From: Heteronotia binoei
Taxonomy: Eukaryota
Reading direction: 5' to 3'
DNA length: 64,000 nt
NCBI RefSeq assembly: GCF_032191835.1
Contig: NC_083225.1
Location: 149,544,001-149,608,000 of the forward strand
The notes beneath the pieces were generated by a model. The model made no database searches and had not been told where the DNA came from. It worked only from the letters and a program-made list of their open reading frames with translations. Both the position numbers and the translations under genes were made by a program. Below, piece after piece: positions 30,501-41,410 of this stretch; the stretch's first letter is position 1, and the number at the start of each line of letters is the position of its first letter.

Positions 30501-33500
30501 GGTAGAAATATAACAGCTATATCTATTGCTTTTCTTTGTTTTGTTTTTCCCCTAATTCCTTTCCTTCTTTGCTTCTGTATCCCCACATTTTCCCCCCTTT
30601 ATACTGAAAACCAATAACATTTTTAAGCATAAAAGTAAACGCTTGTTTTCCAGTTGCAACCAGGGAAATGGCATTTTAGGGTAACTGATTTATTTTTGAA
30701 ACAACAATTTTATTTGTTTGGAACACAGCTGATCTGATCAGTTACATCTCTGACCCAGGACTACACTGAAACAAGTAGATGGTTTTCAGTACAATCCTAA
30801 AAAGAGTTAGGTACATCTTTCTTTACTCACTGACTTTTTCAGGCCAGCACTGCTGCAAAACAAGACAGCATACTTGCAGCTGCTACAGTAATAGCCAGTT
30901 TGCAAATAAGGGCATTTTCTATAAGAGCCTAACCTTTCTCTCCTCTGTTCCTTGCACCCAGCTCAGCCAGATTTTGCAAAGAGGCAGCTGGGGTATTGCA
31001 GAAAAATATTAATTTTCCTCAATTTCTCTCTCTTTACCACCCTTTTCTTATTCATTTCTCTCTCCCTCCACCTAATTTTTCTGTCTCCCCCTCCCCCCAA
31101 TTTATTTTCAGTTCATGATCTCAAGTCCTTCTCATCCCTATCCTTCTTGGCAACAGAATGTACTTAAGAGCAGTACAGCAATAAACCTTTGTTAACATCG
31201 TGAACAGAAGGGGAAGAGGGAGTTTATATTGCTCTATGATCTAACAAAATAGCAAAAGGATGTTTCTGTCTTCCCCCCTTTACCTGCATGGTAATGGAAC
31301 ATTTTCTGTTTTAGTGGTTATATATGTGAAACAGAAGTGAAAACTCCCAGTTCAGACACTGGATTGTTGTTATTGTTGTGTTGGTGGAAGATCTTATAGT
31401 CCTTTATAAAGGCTGCTTTGCTATAAAAGAAGAGTTGGTTTTATATCCCACTCTTACTGCCTGAAGGAGTCGTGGAGCAGCTTACAATCTCCTTTTCCTT
31501 TCTCTCCCCTGTGAGGTAGGTGGGGCTGAGAGAGCTCTGAGAGAGTTGTGACTGACCAAAGGTCACCCAGCTGGCTGCATGTGAAAGAGTGAGGAATCTA
31601 ACCTCATTTTTCAGACTAGAGTCTGCCGATCAACTACTACACCATGCTGGCTTTTTAAAATATCATTTAAATTTAGATTTATAACAAATACCATATCCAG
31701 TCTTTCTCCCCAGTGGGGGCCCAAAGCTGCATTGTTCTCCTATCATCCATTTTATCCTCACAACAGCTCTGTGAGGTAGGTCTGGCTGAGAGTGTGTCAC
31801 TCAGCAACTTTCCATGGTGGGCTGGGGAACTGAGTGTTAAGAGAATCATGACAGGCTGCTTAAAAGCTCTCTTATTACATGTTGCCTGTCAGGAAGATGA
31901 CCTGGTGCAGGGTGTTCCAGCTGGCTATGCAACTTCCACTGTCATTCTAGGGCTGGTGGCCAGTTTTCAAACATAGCTTTATTTTCTAAGTTATACCTGC
32001 CACAAATAGGGACGCTTGACTTCCGCTACAAATAGCACAGGGTGGTGGTCGTTTGCCAGGGTTGTCCCATGCCTTTCAATCTGAGCTCCCACAACCATCC
32101 TTTGCCAACTTTGAGTCTCCTAGCTTTATTCTCTGGTGAGTTATGCCAGCCAGCATGATGTAGGACCAGAATCTGGGAAACCCAGGTTTGAATCCCCACT
32201 TTGTGGTGGAAGCTTGCTGGGTGACCTTGAACTAGTCACACACTCTCAGCATAACCTACCTCACAGGGTTATTGTGAGGATAAAATGGAGAAGAGAATGA
32301 TGTAAGCCACTTTGGCTTCCCTTTGAGGAAAAAGGCTGGAAATAAATAAAAGATGGACAGACAAGCCGATTCATTTTTTCCTATAGGTTCATGGTAACAA
32401 CAAGCCAAGTGAATTCTGTACTTATGATACATTGTGTGGATCAGGGTCCTATGGAGGGGCCCAGGTGGAATCTTTGCCTGGGGGGCCATGGTGCTTCTCA
32501 GTAGCCCTGGTGACCTCACATGCCACAGTAAAGCTACTGATGGCTGGCAATGTGTGAAGTTGATACTCTGCTCAGGGAACACAAGGTAGCATGTAGAAAC
32601 AAAACAAAAATGTTTTATACATACCATAATCTGCTCAGCAATCCCAAGACCACAGTGTTGTGTAGAATGTGTTCTTCCAAACACAGATGCTTAAGATACA
32701 AACTGAGAAGCTTGTTGATCAAGGATGGACAACTGACCAAAAAAACCAGCATCTACAAATAGATGGACTCGGAGTGTAGAAAATTCTAAGACAGGCCCAA
32801 GGAAAAAACTCAGAAAATTATTTAGGCCAGGGGTGGCCAACGGTAGCTCTCCAGATGTTTTTTTGCCTTCAACTCCCATCAGCCCCAGCCAGCATGGCCA
32901 ATGGCTGGGGCTGATGGGAGTTGTAGGCAAAAAACATCTGGAGAGCTACCGTTGGCCACCCCTGATTTAGGCTAATTTACAGAACCACACAGAGTTGCAA
33001 AAGTTAATAATGGAAAACTGAAACATACAACAGGACACTTCCTTGATAAATACAAGAATTTCTAAACAACCCTGTCTTGCCTGAGAAACCCACAGCATCT
33101 CAAGCCTTCATCTCAAAATAAGAACTGCAAGAAATTTCCAAACTTCTACAATGCAATCTTAAAAGCACAATTACACCTTTTTAAGTTCACTGAAGTCAAT
33201 TGGCTTAAAGGCATGTCTGTTCAGGATTGCCCTGTCAGATCTCAAACATTTTAGAAGGATACAGAAATGCTGTGCAACAGCATTTAAGTAAACGTAGCAA
33301 GAGCTTGCAGCCTCCCAAAATCTTCACTAGCACCACTTCAATCACAGGTTGGCTGAGTACCAAACTCTCTTTGGGATGTTCTGATTTCTGTTTCCTATAA
33401 AATAAGAGAAAAACAGAAGACACATGGACATTATGGATTGGCAGCCTTCTTTATTTAACGCTGGCATGTACCTGGCTTAATACAATTTCTTAATATCTGA

Positions 33501-36500
33501 TTCACAAGCAGAACATTTTGCCATGGATTGTTCCTTTGATAATCATTTTATTATCTATTAAACTTAACTGTTTCACTTTTGTTATCCGAGTTTTCCTCAA
33601 AAATGGCGAGCATAGCAACGCTGCACAGGGCTACTCCAGTCTATGTCTGTTGAAATCAATAGGCTTAGGCTGGAGAAACTGCATAGGACTGCACTGCATA
33701 CCTCATTTCACATAAAGGGCTCCTAACATGCTGGATTGGTCACACAAAAGGAATGGAAGGACTTCAACTTCCATTAATGGAAGATCTTTAACTACATGGT
33801 ATCTTTACTTTCTACTTCATAAAGAAGTGTAATTTGAAAGCTTCCACAACTTTACATTACTATACATCTGTTCATCAAAAACTTTATTGCCCTGTAAGCT
33901 ATAGAACCACAGGCTCAGGTTACAACCCTAACAACACTTTATTGGAAGCAAGCCTCGCTGATAATATGGGACCTACTATCGAGTAGATCTGTTTAGGATT
34001 ACTGGTGAAGTAAGCCAGTTTATGCTACTTACATGGAGCCCAACTCCGCAAGTTTTTCAACTGATTGCTCCAGATTCATTAGATTTAAACGCTTCAAACA
34101 CTGTTGTACCTGAAATAGAAAAAAATCACATATATTTTCACTTTACTTTGGATGATTAGCTTTAGAAACAAGTCTTTAATCTTGGAAGTCTTTACTTTTA
34201 TACATGAGCATAAGAAGAGCCCTGCTGGATCGGACTAATAGTCCATCTAGTCCACCATCCTGGCTCACCCAGTGGCCAACCAGTTCCTCTGGATGGCCAA
34301 CAACAGGGCATCGAGGCCAAAGCCTTCCCAATGTTACCTCCTGCCTCTGAATGTGAAGGTTCCCCTCAGTCACCATGGCTAGTAGCCACTGATAGACTTA
34401 TCCACCATGAATCTATCTAAGCCCCTTTTAAAGTTGTTTATTCCTGTAGTCATCACTACATCCTATGTCATTTCCACCTGTTGACCCAACATACAATTGT
34501 CTGAATTTCTAATCTATGACAAAGCAGCTAGTATAAATAAAAGGAACAGCATTCAAACACAAATTTACCAAGAACAAGATGGGTAGCCATGTTAGCCTGT
34601 CTGTACCAGCAGAAAAGAGCAAGAGTCCAGGTAGCACTGTAAAGAGTAACAGAATTTGTGGCAGGATCTGAGCTTTCATGAGTCACTGCTCACTTCTTCA
34701 GAAATATGAAATTTTGTTAGTCCTTAAGGTGCTACTGGACTCTTGCTCTTTTCTACTGGTACCATGAACAAACTGTCAAAAGTCCTCATCCCATCCCAGG
34801 CGAAGAACTTTACTGCTCTCAAAATTTTGCTCTACTATTAAAGAATAACATGGCTATCCATACAAATCTAAGTTCATACATTATCTTCATCATCCCTGAT
34901 ACATTTATTTATTTCCCTTGTGGCTCAGCAGGTTATAATTCCAAACATTAAAAATACACAAGATATAGTAAAAACCCATTTATAAACCTCCCCAAGAAAA
35001 TGACTGTAACATAAAGCCCATTAAAAGCCACTGTCTACAAAACACGCTTATAATATTTTCTTATAACTTCTAAAGTAATGCCTTTCTCAGGGAGCCTGCT
35101 CCACAAGCAGAGAGCTTCTATGCGCAAGGCATGGACCCTAGTCTGTCAAGTCAGTCAGAGGACTTGGATGAGATACTTCTACAGCAGATTGCAAAGTTCT
35201 CTAGGAGAAGGGATACAGTGATCATGGGAGATTTAAATTACCCAGAAGTCCAACTCTGCTAAAAATGAAAAGTCAAACAGATTCCTGACTTGTCTTGCAG
35301 GCAACTTCCTTTTCCATAAAGTGAGGAAGGAAACAAGGGGATCTGCTATCTTGGATTTTATTCTCACTCACAAGGAAGAATTGATTGAAGAAGTAGAAAT
35401 AGTGGGCACCCTGGGCAGTAGTGACCATGTGATTTTGGAATTTGCAGTCTTAGGGAAGGGAAAAGCTATACGTAGTCAGATTTATAGGTTGGACTTTAGA
35501 AAGGCAAACTTTGATAAACTTAGAACTATGCTGGGTAAAACCCCATGGTCAGAAATACTTAGGAGGAAGGGGGTTCAGGAAGGGTGGGAGTTTCTTAAAA
35601 GCAAAATACTGAAAGCGCAATCACAGATGATTCCTATGAGAAGAAAAAATGGAAAAAGCCTAAAGAAGTCAAAGTGGCTCCATATACAGCTCTCTAAAGA
35701 CTTGAAAGACTCCTTTAGGAATTGAAAGGAAGGCCTTATAACCAAGGATGAATATAAACAAATCACCAGTGCTTGCAGAGAAAAAGTTAGGAAAGCTAAA
35801 GCTCAATATGAGCTTAGGCTGGCCAAAGATGCTATAAACAACAGAAAAAGATTCTTTTCTTATGTTCAGAGTAAGAAAAAGAGCAAGGACACGGTAGGCC
35901 CATTGCGAGGGCAAGAAAGTGAAATTGTAACAGGTAATGAAGAGAGGGCAAAACTGCTCAATTCCTACTTTTCCTCAGTCTTCTCTTTTGAGGGAAACAG
36001 TGCTCAGCATGGCAAAAACAGAACATATAAGGAGGGTATGAACTTCCAACCTAGGATCAGCAGAGGGGTAATACATAAACACCTAGTTTCTGTAAATGAA
36101 ACTAAGTCCTCAGGGCCAGATGAATTGCACCCAAGGGTTCTAAAAGAGCTTGCGGATGTAATTTCTGAGCCTCTGGCTATTATTTTTGAGAATTCTTGGA
36201 GAACAGGAGAGGGGTTGGAAGATTGGAGGCGGGCAAATGTCCCCATCTTCAAGAAGGGGAAAAAAGACGATCCGAGTAACTACCGACCCGTCAGCTTGAC
36301 GTCTATACTTGGAATAGTTTTAGAACAAATCATCAAACAGGCGGTCCTGGAACATTAAAAAAGAATGGATGTGATTACTAAGAGCCAGCTTGGGTTTCTC
36401 AAGAACAAGTAATGTCAGACTAACCTGATCTCTTTTTTTGAGAAAGTGCTTACATTGCTGGATCAGGGTAATGCTGTAGACATCATTTATCTTGATTTCA

Positions 36501-38621
36501 GTAAGGCTTTTGATAAAGTTCCACATACCATCCTTGTTGACAAGTTGGCAAAATGTGGTTTGGATTGCACCCAAAGAGTGCTTGTGAATGGTTCCTCATC
36601 CTCTTGGAGAGGAGTGACAAGTTGAGTGCCTCAAGGATCTGTCCTGGGACCCGTTTTGTTCAGCATCTTTATCAATGATTTGGATGAAGGAATAGAGGGA
36701 ATGCTTATTAAATTTGCAAATGATACTAAATTGGGAGGGGTTGCAAACACAGAAGAAGACAGAAACAGGATACAGGATGACCTTGACAGGCTGGAAAACT
36801 GGGCTAAAATCAATAAAATGAATTTTAATGGGGATAAATGTAAAGTTCTGTGTTTAGGTAGGAAAAATCCAATGAATGGTTATAGGTTGAGGGAGACTTA
36901 TCTTAGCAGTAGTATGTGCAAAAAGGATCTAGGGGTTGGTATGATCTAGTGGATCATACGCTGAATATAAGTCAACGGTGTGATGCGATAGCTAAAAGGC
37001 AAATGCAATTTTGGGCTGTATCAACAGAGGTATAGTGTCCCGATCACGTGAAGTGATAGTATCGCTTTACTCTGCTCTGGTAAGACCTCACCTGGAGTAT
37101 TGTGTTCAGTTTTGGGCACCACATTTTAAGAAGGATATAGACAAGCTGGAATGGGTCCACAGAAGGGCGACGAAGATGGCGAGGGGTCTGGAGACCAAGT
37201 TCTATGAGGAAAGGTTGAAGGAGCTGGTGATGTTTAGCCTAGAGAGGAGGCAGCTGAGAGGTGATATGATCACCATCTTCAAGTACTTGAAGGGCTGTCA
37301 TATAGAGGATGGTGTGGAATTGTTTTCTGTGGGCCCGGAAGGTAGGACCAGAACCAGTGGGTTGAAATTAAATCAAAAGAGTTTCCGGCTCAACATTAGG
37401 AAGAACTTCCTGACCGTTAGAGCGATTCCTCAGTGGAACAGGCTTCCTTGGGAGGTGGTGGGCTCTCCTTCCTTGGAGGTTTTTAAACAGAGGCTAGATG
37501 GCCATCTGACAGCAATGAAGATCCTGTGAATTTAGGGGAAAGTGTTTGTGAGTTTCCTGCATTGTGCATGGGGTTGGACTAGATGACCCTAAAGGTCTCT
37601 TCCAACTCTATGATTCTAAGTGGGTTACATTAAGTGGAACAACCTGAAGGTGGCAACCAAAACAGCAGTTGACACAGGGGGACATATGGGAAGAAACAGC
37701 TCTTTAGACAGTGGGTCGCGAGAAATGGTGACTGACAACCAGAAGTTCAAACGGAAGAGTTCTTCTAATCATCATGCTTACATTAATTCTGAGGCTATTT
37801 TTATTTTCTGACCTGTCTGAGAGACCAATATGGCCTATGATGTCTCATTTGGTAGTAGAAATTATGCATGATGGCATGCAAAGTTTCTCCTTCTGCAACC
37901 ACAGCTTTACTTTTGAGAAGGTTCTTGACCACATGACACCTCTTCATAACAGATGAAAGGCATTTCACTAAAAAAGAAAAACATAGTAAGACACTTGTAT
38001 GCCACTGTGCAGTAATCCAGTTCAACAAAATAATTATCACAAGAAATGTGGCTCAGGCTCAGTTAAACTCTTTTTAAGCCCCCCCTTCAACTTGCTCCCA
38101 TAACTTCTGAGAGTTCACATCCACTTGAAAGTCAACATTTTTTTCAGTTCTCATGTTGAAAACGAACACATCAGATTCCCAGAATCCTTTAAAACCCAGA
38201 ATTCAAGGCTTTTAACAGAAGAGAGATGCAGTGCAATCTTGTGCACGTGTTTACTTGGAAATAAAAATGAAGTTAGCGAAGGACACTTTCGAGTAAATGC
38301 ATGTAGAATTGTAACATTCAGTATACGCCTCTTTTTCTAAACATGTTTAACTCTGACCGAGGCACAAACGTTAAATTTCTGAAATATACAGTGTTAATCA
38401 GCTAAATTCCAAAAGAGTCCAATACAGAAACCCAGCACGTCTGCAGCTAGCAAGCTTCAATGAACGCGCTCTCACATGATTTTAAGCTTAAGAGCCTTAC
38501 GACATCCCCACCCCTCTTCACCTGAGGGATGTAGGGCTGACACGGCTACCGTGCCGCTACAAGCGGGCCACGGAACATCCAGCTGATTCCACACCTCACC
38601 GCTGCCTGCGGGCGCCGCCAT
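24507..38621 (-). CDS. NEPRO: Nucleolus and neural progenitor protein (C3orf17); complement join(38522..38621,37813..37967,34033..34109,33263..33394,32625..32702,27668..28005,26908..26978,25858..26096,24507..24897), 526 aa
   Basis: Nine phase-consistent exons (1581 nt). Motifs [69 protein letters not shown] and C-terminal [12 protein letters not shown] match remembered vertebrate NEPRO. Confidence 0.94.
26370..26600 (+). mobile_element. CR1 3' fragment (TTCTTATG-tailed family)
   Basis: gaggtccatcagtggctattagccac...ccaacatggcttctctt matches the other copies. Confidence 0.75.
28295..30630 (+). mobile_element. TSD-flanked L1-related element without detectable RT (HAL1-like) in NEPRO intron 5
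   Basis: 16-bp TSD aaaagtaaaYgcttgt at 28279-28294 and 30631-30646, after TTTT (L1 endonuclease-type site). GC-rich 5' part, weak degenerate ORF1-like middle, long AT-rich 3' part with internal repeats ending accaataacatttttaa. Confidence 0.65.
30861..32512 (+). repeat. Copy 1 of a local direct duplication (partner 38992-40672)
   Basis: Collinear shared anchors, e.g. aaaatattaattttcct, tgaacagaagggg(g)aagagggagtttatattg, atttagatttataacaaataccatatccagtctttctcccca and atgacaggctgcttaaaagctctctt. Confidence 0.9.
32828..32964. mobile_element. Fully palindromic 137-bp hAT MITE
   Basis: CAGGGGTGGCCAAC...GTTGGCCACCCCTG with arms paired almost to the centre; perfect 8-bp TSD atttaggc at 32820-32827 and 32965-32972. 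Confidence 0.92.
34575..34760. mobile_element. Penelope-like short repeat with inverted arms (related fragments at about 10905, 16820, 53285 and 54390)
   Basis: Inverted arms agaaaagagcaagagtccag(g)tagcac (34611-34637) and gtgctactggactcttgctcttttct (34729-34754). The family assignment is from memory of reptile Penelope termini. Confidence 0.5.
35130..37620 (+). mobile_element. CR1 LINE, about 2.5 kb, 5'-truncated, ORF2 (EN C-terminus + RT) broken by stops and frameshifts; antisense in NEPRO intron 2
   Basis: ORF fragments with [55 protein letters not shown] and KFANDTKL; 3' end ccaactctatgattct. Confidence 0.95.
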
Positions 38622-38800
38622 TTTTCCCGTGAGGAGAATGTGGACTGAACCAAATTACAGGAAGGGGGGAGGCGGTTGACGGCTTCAACCAGTCAGTGGC
38701 TAGGGGGAGACGAGATTCCGGAGGGGATGTGACTGCTTGTTCTCATAAAGCGGAAGTAGAGGGCCTGCGCTGTAGGTTTTAAAAGTAGTGTTACCCAATG
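38450..38800. promoter_or_regulatory. CpG-rich promoter of NEPRO (-), probably shared with the Spire-like gene (+)
   Basis: CpG cluster around NEPRO exon 1. YY1-type CCGCCATTTT overlaps the NEPRO ATG. ETS-type GCGGAAGT near 38750. No other CpG cluster seen upstream of the Spire-like ATG. Confidence 0.65.
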
Positions 38801-38991
38801 CCCTTTTTTGGGTTCTTTCTGAAAAGCCGATTAAAATACTCTTTTGGGGTTGGAAGGCTAGGAATATTTCTAGTTAGTGGTAATTATCACAGTTTAAATA
38901 GTAGAGGTATTTATAATGAGATTTGTCTGAAGTAGTCAGTCGGGAACTATGTCCTCTTTATTCCTATTCAAAATATAGTAAGCTTTTCGAC

Positions 38992-40672
38992 CAAGACAGC
39001 ACATTTTCGGCGGCTGCAGTGAGGGCTTTTTACGAGCAGGAACACAGTTCCGGCTGGCTTGGCATCAGGGGGTGTGGCCTGGCCTAATATGCAAATGAGT
39101 CCCTGCTGGGCCTTTCCTACAAAAAATCCCTGTGTGAAACAATGGTGATGTCCGGGGTGTGGCCTAATATGCAGATGAGTTCCTGCTGGGCTTTTTCTAC
39201 AAAAAAGTGCCCTGGCTGCAGTAATTGCAAACTTCCAAATAAGGCTATTTTTTACAGCCTAGTTTTTCTGTCTTCCTTCCCTTGCTGCCAGATCTTGCAT
39301 AGGGAGCTAGGGTGTTGCAGCAAAATATTAATTTTCCTTAATTTCTCTCTTTACTACCCTTTTCTCGTTCATTTATCTCTTCCTCTACCTAATTTTTTTG
39401 TCTCCCATCCCTTCCCCCCCCCCCCAAAAAAAATTATTTTCAGTTCATGGTCTAAAGTCCTCATCACTATCCTGCTTGGCAACATAATGTACTTAAATAC
39501 AGCAGTAAACCACTGTAAATATTATGAACAGAAGGGGGAGAGGGAGTTTATATTGCCCTATGATCTAACAAAGTAGTAAAGATACTTCTGCCCTCCTCCA
39601 CTCTTTACATGCATGATAATGGAACATTAATCTGTTTTGCGGTTATGCATGTGGAACAGAAGTTGGAACTCCCAGTTCAGACACTGGGTTGTTGTTGTTG
39701 CTGTGTTGGTGGAAGATCTAATAGCCCTTTGGAAATGATACTTTGCTATATAACAAATGATGTAATTTTTAAAAATGTAATTAAAATTTAGATTTATAAC
39801 AAATACCATATCCAGTCTTTCTCCCCAATGGGGACCCAAAGCTGCATTGTTTTCCTGTCTTACATTTTATCCTGACAACACTGTGAGGCAGGTCTGGCTG
39901 AGAGTGTGTCACTCAGCAACTTTCCATGGTGGGCTGGGGAACTGAGTGTTAGAGTATCATGACAGGCTGCTTAAAAGCTCTCTTGTTACATGTTGCCTGT
40001 TGTGAAGATGACCTGATTCAGGGTGTTCCAGTTGGCAGTGCAACTTCCATAATCATTTTAGGGGTGGTGGCCAGCTTTCAAACATGTAGGTTTCTTTTCT
40101 ACCTGCTACAAACAGACTCTGCTTCCACTACAGATAGCACAGGGCAGTGGTCACTTGTCTCACCTGGGCCAGGATTTTCCCATGCCTTTCAGTTTGGGCC
40201 CTTGAACTCCCACATGCATCCTGAAGCTGGTGGCCAACTTTGAGTCTCCCAGTTTTATTAGCTGGTGGCCCTTAGTCAGCATGTCAGCATGATGTAGTGG
40301 TTAAAGTTCTGGACTAGGATCTGGAAACCCAGGCTCGAATCTCCACTCTGCAGTGGAAGCTTGTTGGGTGACCTTGAGCCAGTCACAAACTCTCGGGAGT
40401 CTCAGCATAATCTACCTCGCAGGGTTATTGTGAGAATAAAATGGAGGAGAAGAGAATGATGTAAACCATATTGTGGGGGGGGGGGGAAGGTTAGATATTT
40501 TAAAAAAGCAAATAAATAAAAGATAGACAAGCCTTTCTCCCCCTATCTATTCATAGTAACAGCAAGCCAAGTGAATTGTTTTGTTATGATACATGGATTG
40601 GATGAGGGTCCTGTGGAGAGGCCCAGGTGAAATCTTTGTCCAGAGGTCCTTGGACTCTTGGCAGTCCTGGTA
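38992..40672 (+). repeat. Copy 2 of the local direct duplication
   Basis: Same anchors in the same order. Carries a private MITE (39021-39214) and lacks the SINE at about 31427-31652 of copy 1. Confidence 0.9.
39021..39214. mobile_element. hAT MITE (CAGGGCTTTTT-type termini); related copies at about 49090, 57352, 44930 and 62935
   Basis: Termini gagggcttttt...aaaaagtgccctg; perfect 8-bp TSD gctgcagt at 39013-39020 and 39215-39222. Confidence 0.85.
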
Positions 40673-41410
40673 AATCCCCATTAAATTCAATGAGACTTAT
40701 TTCTGAGTGAGCAACAAATTGGCTTGGTAGGTTACTAGTCTTGTCCAAAGCAAAAACTGTGTCTTGTGTAATACTTTTTAATACTGTAGTTCCAGGTCAT
40801 AAAAGATTTGTTACATCCTACTGAGGGAGCATATACAGCCAGTATGTGTTTATTTAAGTTCGGATGTGCTACAGAGAATTTGGGGAACCTTGAGAAATCA
40901 CGGGGGGCGTCATATGATTTGGAAATTTCCTCCCCACATCCAAATGTCTCCATACATGATTCTCAGGGGTTCTCTCCCCCCTCCCTTTTAGTTGGTTCAA
41001 CTGCTCTTAGCATTTGTGCCTCCTGGAGCATTATTGAGTCTTTGCATTATTTGGTTAGTTCACAAAGTTTTCAGCATATTTGGGAGGTGCCTTGAATTAG
41101 AAGAAACCCTAGCCTACCTGTTGCTGACCCAGTTTTACTGCTTTTGTAACTGAAAAAGCAACCCAGTTGGCTACTGGATGATGTGGTGGTAGTTTTCATC
41201 CCACATCCCTACAGTGCGCAAAAATGTTACTACAACTTTAAGAAAGAGGAGCCTCATTCCCTCTAAACAGCAACACCTGCAATTTTTTTGAGCTATGACT
41301 CCACCCCCCCTCCACCACCCCCCTTTTTACTGGGCTATGGAGTATGAGGACATAAAAGGGTTCAAGGGTGCATAATTTATTTCTCTGTAAGGCAGCCAAG
41401 TTTGCAAAAA

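Noticed and set aside
31830-31980. Similar short ORFs [14 protein letters not shown]... in both duplicated blocks
   Set aside because: Explained by the DNA duplication; the ends differ and there is no splice support or recognisable domain.
38595-38600. Early GTGAG donor in NEPRO exon 1
   Set aside because: Reading through gives the conserved WNQLDVPWP motif, and the donor at 38521 fits exon 2 in phase.
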